Shown: positions 37,195 to 47,211 of the stretch, piece after piece | How positions within the stretch are numbered: the first letter of the stretch is position 1 | How the letters are laid out: every line of letters begins with the position of its first letter | Origin: a phage | Direction: 5' to 3' (one strand) | DNA length: 64,000 bases | Sequence record: PZ179882.1 | Position numbers and translations under genes: made by a program | The notes under the pieces: generated by a model | Told to the model about the DNA's origin: nothing | Seen by the model: only the letters and a program-made list of their open reading frames with translations | Database searches by the model: none

Positions 37195-37732
37195 TTACTA
37201 TTTCCAAAAGTTTATTATTTTTAAGGTAATTAGCCTTTTCTAGGACTTCAGAAGCATATTTAGAACCTGCTTTAACATTCCATCCCGAATTATAAGAGGA
37301 TATTGCTTTTCTTATATCGCCCTTATGTATATTTAACCAATAAGAAAGTTCAATGTACGCCCAGGAAGCTGAATTGGACCGTTTATTCAACATTCTTTTT
37401 ATTTCAGCATCGGTCATATTATAACCAAGTTCCTTAACTCTTGCTCGCATAGTAGGCAAATAATTTTGGAACATTCCATAAGCGTGATGCTTTGGTTTAG
37501 ATTTTAAATTAACTCCGCCAGAGCTTTCTTGCCATAAAATAGCAGCCATTATATGACCTAATCCGCTCTTGTGGATATTTTTGTGTGTTTTATATTTTCC
37601 ATCCTTAGAAAATTGTTCCCCGAATTGATACGCGTAACGCATGTTATCGAGTTGGACATTACTGAAAGTATGCTCGGAGCTATGTGCCATCATTGAAATG
37701 GCCAATAGACCAGCGAGTAGTGCTTTTCTCAT
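37187..37732 (-). CDS. secreted lytic-transglycosylase-like protein
   Basis: 181 aa; signal peptide; QESSGG and YGMFQ motifs typical of SLT-domain enzymes. Confidence 0.55.
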   Translation of the reverse strand: MRKALLAGLLAISMMAHSSEHTFSNVQLDNMRYAYQFGEQFSKDGKYKTHKNIHKSGLGHIMAAILWQESSGGVNLKSKPKHHAYGMFQNYLPTMRARVKELGYNMTDAEIKRMLNKRSNSASWAYIELSYWLNIHKGDIRKAISSYNSGWNVKAGSKYASEVLEKANYLKNNKLLEIVND

Positions 37733-37739
37733 GCTTACC

Positions 37740-38201
37740 TCATTGAGTTTTAATTACTGCTTTAGAAGCCTTTCCTGGTAAACGACGACTGTTAATAATT
37801 GCCATCCTACATTGAAGTGACGGGTCTTTGAACTTCGCATTAGGTTTACAAACTGTAAATCCAAGCCAAAGATTTCCATCTGTGATTTCTAAACGTCCAG
37901 GACGGTATTCAACCCCATCAATAAAATCCTCATCAATGTCAGGACGCGGAGGCATACTCAGGAATTCATTAACTTCTAAAACATGGTCTTTTATTTTATG
38001 GAATAATTCAAAAACATATGTCTCATCAATCTCCCGTTGAATTGCACGATCAAGAAGATGTTGAGAATATTTTAGATGAAACGATGAGACTCCTGCTGCT
38101 TTTGATGCCTCACGAATCTCATTGTTAATTTGACGAAACTCCGACTCAAAGTGACGACGAAGCTTATTTCGACGGATAAAAACTTCTGTATTGATAGTCA
38201 T
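37740..38201 (-). CDS. regB: site-specific RNA endonuclease RegB
   Basis: 153 aa; size and position as in T4; preceded by an early promoter and GAGGAG. Confidence 0.75.
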   Translation of the reverse strand: MTINTEVFIRRNKLRRHFESEFRQINNEIREASKAAGVSSFHLKYSQHLLDRAIQREIDETYVFELFHKIKDHVLEVNEFLSMPPRPDIDEDFIDGVEYRPGRLEITDGNLWLGFTVCKPNAKFKDPSLQCRMAIINSRRLPGKASKAVIKTQ

Positions 38202-38228
38202 GTTATTCTCCTCTTAACTGATAGAAAA

Positions 38229-38257
38229 ATTATACCACAGTCAAGAGGAAAAGTAAA
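38229..38257 (-). promoter_or_regulatory. T4-type early promoter
   Basis: Minus strand GTTTAC, spacer, TATAAT. Confidence 0.55.
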
Positions 38258-38260
38258 CAG

Positions 38261-38581
38261 TTATTCTTTAAATCTAATCAATTTATTCATAGACTTTGAA
38301 ACTTCTGCACGAACCTCATGTAGATTTTTGAGCTGTTCAAGACGCTGCTCATAGTAAGCAATTTCATCTTCTTCGAGACAGTCCTGTGAATCTTCTTTAA
38401 GATAACGTGCATAGTCCTGGAAAGCGTTACGAACTACTTCCTGGAAGTCATCAAGACTTTGAATTTTCTTAGGAGCAACAGATACACGACGAGGGGCAGT
38501 ATAATACTCATAACCAAACCCTGCGCTTAATTGAGCCATTAATATTTTTCCTCTGGTTGGAACACTGCGCGACAAGCCCAC
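38261..38581 (-). CDS. hypothetical protein
   Basis: 106 aa ORF. Confidence 0.45.
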   Translation of the reverse strand: MGLSRSVPTRGKILMAQLSAGFGYEYYTAPRRVSVAPKKIQSLDDFQEVVRNAFQDYARYLKEDSQDCLEEDEIAYYEQRLEQLKNLHEVRAEVSKSMNKLIRFKE

Positions 38582-38805
38582 ATACTGGCTTCTTTGAGTT
38601 TCATTTTAGCAATAGTTAACTGATCGAGGCTTTCGGCGTAATTCTTCGCGAGTTCATCATCTTCACAGCTATCAAATGCTTCCCAGAATTCATCATATAA
38701 AGCATCAAAGATAAGCCCTAAACGAACTTCAGCATCTTTGATAGCATTCACTTTACTGATTTTATCGTCAGTATGTGGTTTATAACCTTTAATGTCTTCA
38801 ATCAT
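38539..38805 (-). CDS. hypothetical protein
   Basis: 88 aa acidic ORF. Confidence 0.4.
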   Translation of the reverse strand: MIEDIKGYKPHTDDKISKVNAIKDAEVRLGLIFDALYDEFWEAFDSCEDDELAKNYAESLDQLTIAKMKLKEASMWACRAVFQPEEKY

Positions 38806-39019
38806 ATTTTACTTCCTCACCTGTTCCCAAATCATATTCAACTAAACGAATAGGTTCATGAATGCCATATCCTTGAACAGAAATTTCTGTCGTAGGATAA
38901 ATTCCATTAATATCACCCATGTTCCATGCTTCGTTAAATTGCTGTTCGCCTGAATTACTAAACCACTCGGCGAAAGCATTTAGCACATCTTCAGAACCTT
39001 CAATAATTATCTTTGCCAT
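38798..39019 (-). CDS. hypothetical protein
   Basis: 73 aa ORF. Confidence 0.4.
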   Translation of the reverse strand: MAKIIIEGSEDVLNAFAEWFSNSGEQQFNEAWNMGDINGIYPTTEISVQGYGIHEPIRLVEYDLGTGEEVKYD

Positions 39020-39381
39020 TACAAACTCTCGGTGAAGGTACGAGCGATAACGTCGCGCTGCTGTTCCGGAGTCAGAGAGTTAAAGCGAACTGCATAACCG
39101 GATACACGGATGGTCAGCTGCGGATATTTTTCCGGATGCTTAACTGCATCTTCCAGAGTTTCACGACGCAGAACGTTAACGTTCAGGTGTTGACCACCTT
39201 CAATTTTAACTGTAGGCTGTTGCTCAATTTCAATTTCACGGGCATGCAAACCATAGAAAATTTCTGGGTCTACAAAAGAGTCCTCTTTAAAGGTTTTAGA
39301 GACAATAATTCGTGCTTGAATACCATCTTCAAAATAAATAGTACCTTTATGTGTGCCTTCAAGAATTTGATATGCTTTCAT
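39019..39381 (-). CDS. hypothetical protein
   Basis: 120 aa ORF. Confidence 0.45.
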   Translation of the reverse strand: MKAYQILEGTHKGTIYFEDGIQARIIVSKTFKEDSFVDPEIFYGLHAREIEIEQQPTVKIEGGQHLNVNVLRRETLEDAVKHPEKYPQLTIRVSGYAVRFNSLTPEQQRDVIARTFTESL

Positions 39382-39387
39382 ATAACC

Positions 39388-39714
39388 TCAATTAGAAAAT
39401 AAATTTATCCAAGATTGTTCTTTAATTAAAAATGGCTCAGAATCATATGCCATTAAACTCTGTGTGATTAGTCCTTTAAAAGGCCCATCAATAAATTCCA
39501 TGGTAAAATATGGAATTTTATTCATTAGCCGTGCATTAGGAGCCGTGCACAAAACTCTGCATCCTTTGAATACGCCTTTTTGTAATTTGTATTGCTTGGG
39601 ATAAAATTCGCTCAAAATGTTATTTTTTGCCAAAATTTCAAAATGATTCACCAATTTATTTTTAATAGTTTTTGGCGAAAAATAAAGATATTCGAAAAGC
39701 TGAGTGTCTGTCAT
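39388..39714 (-). CDS. hypothetical protein
   Basis: Start set to the ATG giving MTDTQLFEY, which overlaps the upstream stop by 1 nt (TGATG). Confidence 0.45.
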   Translation of the reverse strand: MTDTQLFEYLYFSPKTIKNKLVNHFEILAKNNILSEFYPKQYKLQKGVFKGCRVLCTAPNARLMNKIPYFTMEFIDGPFKGLITQSLMAYDSEPFLIKEQSWINLFSN

Positions 39715-40301
39715 CATTGCATTCCGATTACGAAAAACTGTGGACGAGTAATACCACCAATGCAACATTTAATATTACAGCAGCAGTGTACAGTGTCAAT
39801 ATGGACACTATAAATCTTATCCATATCAGGAGATTTGACAGGCTCATCAATTATATACAAAATTCGCGAAAGCGATAAACCTCTGAACTTGCTTCCTTTA
39901 TTACCAATAAAACTGCGCACAGAATCAGTAAATAAACGAAAACGTATATCATCATTAGAATAACGCGAAAATTCCTTTTTAATATTATCTGCGGAAATTT
40001 TAGCGTAAGCTGAAGTATTAGAAAGAACAATAACTGTTCCACCGTCATACAACCAATTAGCGGCAAAATTAGTTACTGCAGTTGATTTACCAGATTGACG
40101 CCCACCATCTAGTCGAAGTGTACAATACTGTTTAAGTAAGTCTTCAAATGGCGGGATATATTCGTTTTTACAAATTTCTTCTACTCTAGCATCAGAATGG
40201 TGTGTAAAAGCATTCATCAGGGATAGATAAGGACCAGTTAAAAATGTTCTCATTTTGTTCTCTCTAGGTTTGGGCCATTCCATGGCGCATGAATTGTCCA
40301 T
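39714..40301 (-). CDS. P-loop NTPase
   Basis: 195 aa; Walker A GGRQSGKST. Confidence 0.5.
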   Translation of the reverse strand: MDNSCAMEWPKPRENKMRTFLTGPYLSLMNAFTHHSDARVEEICKNEYIPPFEDLLKQYCTLRLDGGRQSGKSTAVTNFAANWLYDGGTVIVLSNTSAYAKISADNIKKEFSRYSNDDIRFRLFTDSVRSFIGNKGSKFRGLSLSRILYIIDEPVKSPDMDKIYSVHIDTVHCCCNIKCCIGGITRPQFFVIGMQ

Positions 40302-40398
40302 TTCTGTATTTACCCATTACGGCACTTGGGCTCGACCTTATTACAGGTTGGCGGGAATCCCTCACAGAATCATGAGGTCCAGGTTATTCCCATGTTAT

Positions 40399-40815
40399 TT
40401 AAATGTAAATATTTTTGCCGTAATACTTATACCAGTGTGGCTTCATTAAAATTTTTTCATCGAGTCGTTGTTGACTCAACTTAATAGCTGATTTGCATGG
40501 ATTATAATCATTTTTCCATTCTACTGGAATATCGCTGATGTCAGGAACTTCAGTATCTTTTATACTAAACCCACGTTTTAAGCATTCCGTTATAATGTCT
40601 GATTGACGCTTTCGCAAAAATTCTAACTTATCGTAAAAGAACGTAACATGACCAGAACCTAAAATAAACTCGGAAGATATTTTAAAATCTTTAACCCGCT
40701 TACCATTTGCCACGTGTTTACGAACTATACCAAAAACACGTGGCAATTCACGATACTCAGCCATAAGATGTTGGTCGGTCAGTTCAGAAACAAGTGTTAA
40801 ATTGATACGAGTCAT
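40399..40815 (-). CDS. denV: endonuclease V (pyrimidine-dimer DNA glycosylase)
   Basis: Starts [12 protein letters not shown]...[15 protein letters not shown]; 138 aa from the internal Met; C-terminal half is diverged from the T4 sequence I recall. Confidence 0.88.
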   Translation of the reverse strand: MTRINLTLVSELTDQHLMAEYRELPRVFGIVRKHVANGKRVKDFKISSEFILGSGHVTFFYDKLEFLRKRQSDIITECLKRGFSIKDTEVPDISDIPVEWKNDYNPCKSAIKLSQQRLDEKILMKPHWYKYYGKNIYI

Positions 40816-40839
40816 AATTTCCTCCAAGTAGTTGATGAA

Positions 40840-40872
40840 TGTATAGTATCAAAGTCCTTGGAGGAAGTAAAC
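40840..40872 (-). promoter_or_regulatory. T4-type early promoter
   Basis: Minus strand GTTTAC, spacer, TACTAT, GGAGGAAATT, ATG. Confidence 0.5.
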
Positions 40873-40873
40873 A

Positions 40874-41676
<803 letters not shown>

Positions 41677-42132
41677 TTAAAAGAGGCTGTTCATTATTCG
41701 GTAAAGTGAAGGGCCCATCACATATTGCCACTGAGTACGAGGAATAAGGGCAAAAGCATCCATCTCTGGAATCATAACACCATCTTTATTTTCAAAATAA
41801 GACTCGCAATGGCAATTTCTAAACATCTCATGCTCTACTGGAATCGTATAATAAAATAACTGTAAGTCTTTATTACTAGAATATTTAAATACACCTAGGT
41901 CTTCTAGAAGGTCTGGATTATAATTGCTAAAACCAGTCTCTTCTAAACATTCTCTTCGTGCTGCATCTAGTGCGTTTAAATCAGAATTTTCTACACGGCC
42001 TTTTGGAATATCCCAGCGATGTGCCATCATTCCAGGCTTACGAGAACCAGTAACCCGTCCCATGAATAAATCTTTATCTTCTGTCATAAAGATAATACCA
42101 GCTGATAATGTTTTCATTTTAATTTCCTGCAT
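41677..42132 (-). CDS. nudE: Nudix hydrolase
   Basis: 151 aa; Nudix box GRVENSDLNALDAARRECLEETG. Confidence 0.85.
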   Translation of the reverse strand: MQEIKMKTLSAGIIFMTEDKDLFMGRVTGSRKPGMMAHRWDIPKGRVENSDLNALDAARRECLEETGFSNYNPDLLEDLGVFKYSSNKDLQLFYYTIPVEHEMFRNCHCESYFENKDGVMIPEMDAFALIPRTQWQYVMGPSLYRIMNSLF

Positions 42133-42602
42133 TCAATGATAAAGTTATTTAAATTTTGAGTATATTTCTTTTCATCAAAAATCTTTTGTTGTCTGCGTAG
42201 CCGCCATGGCATTTCGATGAACACACACCATATTCCTGATAGTATTGCTGCTGTCAAAATATTAACAAGTATGATTAAAAGAATCCAATCTCCCGTTCTG
42301 CCTACTGGACTTTCTCCAAAGAAGCAAAATACAAATGATGTCACAGGAAAACTAATAATGTACCACAGAATCATAATTTTATCTGTGAACCAATCAGCGT
42401 TCGTTAATTTAGCGCGACCATTATGAATACATACGAATTTATCATCTGTTGCAGTAGATGGCTTAACTGGTTGATATCCCATTCTAAACTCCCTAATCAG
42501 CAAATTTTTCATATCTTCGGAACAGCCATTCCAGTCAACTCTATCAACTGGAATGCCATCATCCCCATCATCTAAATCATACCAGCGAGTTTTTAAAATC
42601 AT
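42114..42602 (-). CDS. membrane protein
   Basis: 162 aa with several hydrophobic helices. Confidence 0.45.
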   Translation of the reverse strand: MILKTRWYDLDDGDDGIPVDRVDWNGCSEDMKNLLIREFRMGYQPVKPSTATDDKFVCIHNGRAKLTNADWFTDKIMILWYIISFPVTSFVFCFFGESPVGRTGDWILLIILVNILTAAILSGIWCVFIEMPWRLRRQQKIFDEKKYTQNLNNFIIECRKLK

Positions 42603-42961
42603 CTGATTTTCCTACAATCACTCACAAACTCTTTCATTGATTCATTTTCAATATAAGACATGTAGTTATTATATTCTTTTAATTGTATTTTGTAATCCTT
42701 TTTTCTTTGCCAATTTATTTTAAAATTATCATAATGAAAATATAGAATGATACAAAAGAATGAAAATAATGAAATAATTTTAGTATAGCGAAGTTCACTC
42801 CAAACTTCTATTATATTTACTGTGCCATCGATGTTTAAAATAAGACAGTCAATTAACAATCCAAAAAGACTACCCGCAAGAGCTGCAGCCAACGCCACAG
42901 CAAAAATTAAAAATGACTCAGGAAGCGAATATTTGACTTTATTTAGTTTTGGCTTTTGCAT
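42599..42961 (-). CDS. membrane protein
   Basis: 120 aa with two hydrophobic helices. Confidence 0.45.
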   Translation of the reverse strand: MQKPKLNKVKYSLPESFLIFAVALAAALAGSLFGLLIDCLILNIDGTVNIIEVWSELRYTKIISLFSFFCIILYFHYDNFKINWQRKKDYKIQLKEYNNYMSYIENESMKEFVSDCRKIR

Positions 42962-43356
42962 CGTGATTCCTTAACAAATTTCATAATTTCATCAAATTCA
43001 TACGCAGCAAGTTTAAGCTGATATTCCTTTTTAATCTTTTTACACTGTGCTTTCCAATCACGTACGCGTTTACGATAATGCCTTCCTTGATACCAGTATC
43101 CTACCCAATTTACAGGTACTAATAAAAATGGAACTATTAATGGAAGAATTAGCATTAATACAAGTATTTCGCCAGAATCAATATCAGTCATAACATCTAA
43201 AACACCTCCAATAATCAATAGAATTACAAATGATATGAGTATAACAGGACCCATTAATACATCGGTAGAAATTATCTGGCGCTTTAGTTCATACTTCAAA
43301 GGTTTACTTGGAAGGTATAGTGATGGCTTTGACATATTCTCTGCATTCCTTAACAA
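42943..43356 (-). CDS. membrane protein
   Basis: 137 aa with hydrophobic segments. Confidence 0.45.
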   Translation of the reverse strand: MLRNAENMSKPSLYLPSKPLKYELKRQIISTDVLMGPVILISFVILLIIGGVLDVMTDIDSGEILVLMLILPLIVPFLLVPVNWVGYWYQGRHYRKRVRDWKAQCKKIKKEYQLKLAAYEFDEIMKFVKESRCKSQN

Positions 43357-43912
43357 ATTTTTCTAGTAATAAATCGCTTTCAAAATTAGGATTTTCTACG
43401 AATTTATCAAAAAGATCATCAACAATAGTAAAGATATTCTTTTTACTAAGAATACGCTTATTTTCATATTTTGTTTCAGAGTCAACTATAAGAGTAAAGA
43501 AATATTTCTTTCCCTGAAATTTTACTGTAGTATCAATATAAAATAAATTTGACTTTTGTAAATTACGTCTAAAACACGCGTCACTTAAACTATAAATGCC
43601 AAGATAATCATAATCGTCGTTTAAATAACAAACTGTCCATTCAGGAGAAATGAAATCAGTAAATTCAACATCAAAATCACATGTCAATGAATGAATTGAT
43701 TCAATACTGTTAATAAGTATTCCAGGACGTATTAAGGACTTTTTACCTCTATAAAATCTTCCAGAAAGACTTTCGTCAGTTTCATACGAAGACCCCCAAT
43801 AGTAATTACGCCCTTCTGCCATACGTTTAAGAGCATTTAGTAATTGGTCTGGAACATCAACATGTCTTTGGAACTCTTCAAACATTGAATTGAAATCATT
43901 TTGCATTCTCAT
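43304..43912 (-). CDS. hypothetical protein
   Basis: 202 aa ORF. Confidence 0.45.
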   Translation of the reverse strand: MRMQNDFNSMFEEFQRHVDVPDQLLNALKRMAEGRNYYWGSSYETDESLSGRFYRGKKSLIRPGILINSIESIHSLTCDFDVEFTDFISPEWTVCYLNDDYDYLGIYSLSDACFRRNLQKSNLFYIDTTVKFQGKKYFFTLIVDSETKYENKRILSKKNIFTIVDDLFDKFVENPNFESDLLLEKFVKECREYVKAITIPSK

Positions 43913-43924
43913 TCCTATTTACTC

Positions 43925-43948
43925 CAAGTATAAGGGGCCGAAGCCCCT
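43925..43948 (-). terminator. CUUCGG hairpin
   Basis: Plus strand aaggggccgaagcccctt. Confidence 0.4.
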
Positions 43949-43953
43949 TATCA

Positions 43954-44547
43954 TTATTTCAGAGAATTAATGTATTCCTGAACATCAGCAGAGGTAGTTT
44001 CAACCCCAGAAATATTACCGTTAAAGGTTTCAACTCGAGCAAGGGTATCTTCAATATCAACCTTAGTCAGTGCTGCAATTTCAACTACATCATCGGCAGT
44101 ACTAATTCCAAGGGCATTTGCTGCACGAGTTTCACGGATATATTCCAATTTAACCGCAAGTTCTTGACGAGCATCATCTAACTCAACTACTTTCTTGGCG
44201 ATTTCAATTCGCATTTCAGCATAACCGTCAGCCTTAGTAGTCAACTGCTCAGCTGTTCGACGATATAGTAAACCGAGTTTAGCATGCATTGTTACATCTT
44301 GGCCTTCGGAAAGAAGTTTACGAATTTCACGCTCTTTTGATTCGGCCTGTCGATTCTTTTCGATAACAAGTTCACGAATACGTTTTTCTTCGTTAATAGA
44401 TTTAACAGAAGCAGTTTTTAGATCTTTAATTTTATCAAGTAGTTTTGCTGCTGCAGCAGTATACTGTTCTTCGACAGATAGATTTTTAGCCATAGCAGAA
44501 CCAAGTTTAGTGCGAATAAACTCAACAATTTTCTTCAATGTGTTCAT
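43954..44547 (-). CDS. coiled-coil protein (PspA-like?)
   Basis: 197 aa, almost entirely charged helical heptads. Confidence 0.4.
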   Translation of the reverse strand: MNTLKKIVEFIRTKLGSAMAKNLSVEEQYTAAAAKLLDKIKDLKTASVKSINEEKRIRELVIEKNRQAESKEREIRKLLSEGQDVTMHAKLGLLYRRTAEQLTTKADGYAEMRIEIAKKVVELDDARQELAVKLEYIRETRAANALGISTADDVVEIAALTKVDIEDTLARVETFNGNISGVETTSADVQEYINSLK

Positions 44548-44618
44548 AGTATTTCCTTAGGTTAATTGAGATTTAAAATCCGTAGGAGTATAATACTCTA
44601 TCGTCAAATTATAGGCTC

Positions 44619-44648
44619 ATAATATCTCAATCATGAGCCTGCGTAAAC
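44619..44648 (-). promoter_or_regulatory. candidate early promoter
   Basis: Minus strand GTTTAC, 18 nt, TATTAT, overlapping an inverted repeat (aggctcat ... atgagcct). Confidence 0.35.
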
Positions 44649-44912
44649 TTATTTCATATTATTGAAATATTCTTCTGCGATTTCGTCGTTATCATGGTAA
44701 ACTTTAGAAGACAGTTTAACATAACCTTCTGCTGTGAACATATTAATCACAACTTTTACAGTATACCACTGACCGTCTTCATTACCCATTACTGCGTAAG
44801 TTTCAAACATCGGATGATCAGGACCGATAACTTTAATATCATTCACTGTACGACCGAAATCTTCTGAAACGCATTTCATAAAGAAGTTGAACAGTTCGCC
44901 GTAATTATCCAT
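44649..44912 (-). CDS. hypothetical protein
   Basis: Start set to the internal Met (MDNYGELF) preceded by GGAGAA, because the upstream part of the ORF overlaps the promoter. Confidence 0.4.
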   Translation of the reverse strand: MDNYGELFNFFMKCVSEDFGRTVNDIKVIGPDHPMFETYAVMGNEDGQWYTVKVVINMFTAEGYVKLSSKVYHDNDEIAEEYFNNMK

Positions 44913-44953
44913 TTCATTCTCCAAGTTGTTTTCTGTATCAGTAGTTGATAGTT

Positions 44954-44984
44954 GTATAGTACCATGGAAGAACAGAGATGTAAA
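44954..44984 (-). promoter_or_regulatory. T4-type early promoter (near-identical copy of the one at 3140-3171)
   Basis: Minus strand GTTTACA, 17 nt, TACTAT; the surrounding 60 bp nearly repeat 3128-3196. Confidence 0.55.
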
Positions 44985-45107
44985 CAGTTTTGTGAAAAAA
45001 TTTTTAGGGAATTCTAGGGCAGGGATGGGCAATTAAAGGATAGGATAATATATTATAAAGGGTATAAACTAAATGATGCCTAGAGAGGTCCAGAAAGGCC
45101 TAGATAC

Positions 45108-45133
45108 CAAAAAGCCCTATCATTTAGATAGGG
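45108..45133 (-). terminator. intrinsic terminator
   Basis: Plus strand ccaaaaagccctatcatttagataggg; minus strand gives hairpin plus CUUUUUGG. Confidence 0.55.
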
Positions 45134-45141
45134 ATTTAAAA

Positions 45142-45705
45142 TTATTTACCTAGTTTACTTATTATAGCTTCTGCAGCAGCTTTTAGCTTAGATGCAGTGT
45201 TAATACGATTTTTAATTTCAGTATACGCATCGCCAAGAACATCAAGGCTATCAGAATAAACACTTACACTATTGCGTTCGCTATTTGAAATAGAACCTTT
45301 AGTTTTGCGGTCAAAATCGGTGTACACGTCTTGAAGATCGCGGGCTGCCTTCTTTGCATCATCCAATGCATCAAGAGCTTTATTCAAAGCATTAACGTAT
45401 TTTTTAGTGTCGAACATATTCTTAGAAATTTTAACAGGTGCGCGTTCAGGAGTAGCTAACACAGATTTAGGAACCTGAGCGCCAGATGCCAATTTCTTAG
45501 AAATTTTGAAAAATGCTTTATTGAATTTATTTTCTTGACTCATTGTAAAAGAACTATTATCGATGTTGTACATTTCAATAGCTTTAGCTTTCCACTTAAG
45601 AAAATCGCCGCGGTCTTTTGGGTCCAATTGGAAGAATACTTTAGTAAGATCTGCTTCAGATGGTAATTTTGCTGCTTCGGTTAAAAATTCGGCATAGGTT
45701 TTCAT
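45142..45705 (-). CDS. internal protein (ipIII-like)
   Basis: 187 aa starting MKTYAEFLTE, the internal-protein capsid-targeting leader; size near T4 ipIII. Confidence 0.6.
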   Translation of the reverse strand: MKTYAEFLTEAAKLPSEADLTKVFFQLDPKDRGDFLKWKAKAIEMYNIDNSSFTMSQENKFNKAFFKISKKLASGAQVPKSVLATPERAPVKISKNMFDTKKYVNALNKALDALDDAKKAARDLQDVYTDFDRKTKGSISNSERNSVSVYSDSLDVLGDAYTEIKNRINTASKLKAAAEAIISKLGK

Positions 45706-45797
45706 TTAAAATCCTTGAAATAATTTATCGGTTGGTTATTAATTATTTATTACTTTGTTACTATCCGTAACAGCGTTATCCGAGTGATTCAAACTAA

Positions 45798-45827
45798 AAA
45801 GCCCCAACCTTTCGGTCGGGGCTAAGA
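45798..45827 (-). terminator. intrinsic terminator (GAAA-loop hairpin plus U-tract), copy 1
   Basis: Plus strand aaaaagccccaacctttcggtcggggct; the minus-strand RNA forms a 10-bp stem with GAAA loop followed by UUUUU. Identical 33-bp element at 46349-46381. Confidence 0.65.
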
Positions 45828-45830
45828 ATG

Positions 45831-46304
45831 TCATTTGATTTGTTTAGCAGACCAAATGCGGTCTTTAATAATTTTTTGGATGTCTTCAACATACTCAAGA
45901 GAGTGAACATGTGGATTATCTTTGAAACTATAAGCACGGGCTAACTTTTGGCCTTCGGTTTTGATTACTAAAAGCTCTTTAAGGATAGCTTCATATTTAG
46001 CGATAATTCCTTTAACGATATTTTTTTCTTGTGCCGCTTTAGGATCTGCTTTAGGAGCAGGTTTACCCGAAGCCTTTGCAAAAGCAGCGCCAGTAGCAAC
46101 TAAACTTTTCCAGGCCATACTAACTGCATTTCCCGTAAATCCTTCCGCTTTCATGTCGCGTGCAAACTGGAATCGCGATTCATCAGAAGCATCTTTATAG
46201 GAATATTTACCCGCGGCAATGGCAGCTTTTGCAACAGCTTGAATTTCGGTGCTAGATGCTTCATTTAACACCGCTTCATTTAAAAATTGAGTATATGATT
46301 TCAT
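45831..46304 (-). CDS. internal-protein-like gene
   Basis: Start set to ATG at 46304 (MKSYTQFLNEAVLNE) preceded by AGGAAA. The ORF-track 216-aa version reads through a terminator and late promoter. Confidence 0.55.
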   Translation of the reverse strand: MKSYTQFLNEAVLNEASSTEIQAVAKAAIAAGKYSYKDASDESRFQFARDMKAEGFTGNAVSMAWKSLVATGAAFAKASGKPAPKADPKAAQEKNIVKGIIAKYEAILKELLVIKTEGQKLARAYSFKDNPHVHSLEYVEDIQKIIKDRIWSAKQIK

Positions 46305-46342
46305 CTTATTTCCTGTTTTAATTTGTAGATTTAATATACTAA

Positions 46343-46350
46343 TATTTATA
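46343..46350 (-). promoter_or_regulatory. late promoter (TATAAATA)
   Basis: Plus strand tatttata about 40 nt upstream of the ip-like gene start. Confidence 0.5.
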
Positions 46351-46351
46351 C

Positions 46352-46381
46352 CAAAAAGCCCCAACCTTTCGGTCGGGGCTA
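46352..46381 (-). terminator. intrinsic terminator, copy 2 (identical to 45798-45827)
   Basis: Same 33-bp hairpin plus U-tract element. Confidence 0.65.
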
Positions 46382-46687
46382 AGCCTTGCGGCAACCTTGT
46401 CGGGGTTCCACCTGCTAAGGCAAGTGTTTGTACGAAACGCCGGGATTCGAACCCGGTTATTAAGTAGTTGACGCTACTCAATATTTTTAAAAGGCCATAT
46501 CTCGACCATATCCGAACGTTCCGTCAAAAACGCTACTCGGCTTACGGCAAAGATATTTCCTCGAATCGATAATTCGGTGCGCCGTTTCTGCTGTGATAGT
46601 AAAGAGCCAGAACACAGTAAAACTGTGGGAGGAAACTATACTCCAGGGAACATCAGTCCGACGACTTACCGGTAGCGACCCGGTTTC
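46381..46687 (-). ncRNA. candidate structured non-coding RNA region (tRNA-like T-arm; possible stable RNA)
   Basis: About 300 nt with no ORF of 60 aa or more on the minus strand. Contains CCGGGTTCGAATCCCGG (T-arm-like), a possible acceptor pairing CGGAACG/CGTTTCG, several hairpins, and ends at a strong terminator. Confidence 0.35.
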
Positions 46688-47038
46688 TTAATATTCTTTT
46701 AAAGAATCAATATATTCACGGCGTTTACGCCACAAATCAATTGCTTCATACGCGGATTCAGCATTTCGAATTAGCCGGCATTTATGTAAAGACTTATGAT
46801 TTTGATATTGTGTAGATAACGGAATTGTATCTAAAAGGTCTTTACGATCAAAATATTCGTAACCATCTAAACCAAATGAACGATTTTTGAGAAATTGCCA
46901 ATGACCATATTCGTTTTCGACATAAACATAATCTGCATGCTGATAAAGCAAATTAATTACACGTTCAGAAATAACAGTATCATTATGATTAAAATAGAAT
47001 GTTAAATCATGAACTACTAAATAAACATTACCTTTCAT
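46688..47038 (-). CDS. hypothetical protein
   Basis: 116 aa; strong ribosome-binding site GAGGAAA; immediately downstream of tRNA-Arg. Confidence 0.5.
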   Translation of the reverse strand: MKGNVYLVVHDLTFYFNHNDTVISERVINLLYQHADYVYVENEYGHWQFLKNRSFGLDGYEYFDRKDLLDTIPLSTQYQNHKSLHKCRLIRNAESAYEAIDLWRKRREYIDSLKEY

Positions 47039-47056
47039 ATTTTCCTCACTTATAAT

Positions 47057-47132
47057 TGGTCGAGGCAGTAGGGATCGAACCTACGACCTAGGACTTAGAA
47101 GGTCCTTGCTCTTCCTTCTGAGCTATGCCCCG
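47057..47132 (-). tRNA. tRNA-Arg (anticodon UCU)
   Basis: Hand-folded cloverleaf: acceptor CGGGGCA/TGCCTCG, anticodon loop CTTCTAA, T-loop TTCGATC, CCA encoded. Confidence 0.8.
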
Positions 47133-47138
47133 TAATTG

Positions 47139-47211
47139 GGTGACCGATGGGAGTCGAACCCATGACTACGAGAATCACAATCTCGAGTTCTACCAACTGA
47201 ACTACGGCCAC
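47139..47211 (-). tRNA. tRNA-His candidate (anticodon GUG), CCA not encoded
   Basis: Acceptor GTGGCCG/CGGTCAC, anticodon stem CGAGA/TCTCG with loop TTGTGAT, T-loop TTCGACT, discriminator C; the 3' flank is CAA rather than CCA and position -1 is U. Confidence 0.6.

Noticed and set aside
39388-40301. Possible frameshift between ORFs 39388-39768 and 39714-40301
   Set aside because: Hand translation shows an internal ATG (MTDTQ) at 39714 overlapping the upstream stop by 1 nt (TGATG); the apparent 55-nt overlap is an artefact of extending the ORF to the first in-frame Met.
43954-44547. Assignment of the 197-aa coiled-coil protein as a PspA/IM30 homolog
   Set aside because: Only overall coiled-coil character supports it; I cannot verify family-specific motifs without a profile search, so it is listed as a generic coiled-coil protein.
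45831-46481. 216-aa extended version of the ip-like gene
   Set aside because: The N-terminal 58 codons read through a terminator hairpin and a late promoter; a strong ribosome-binding site and the internal-protein leader begin at the internal ATG (46304).
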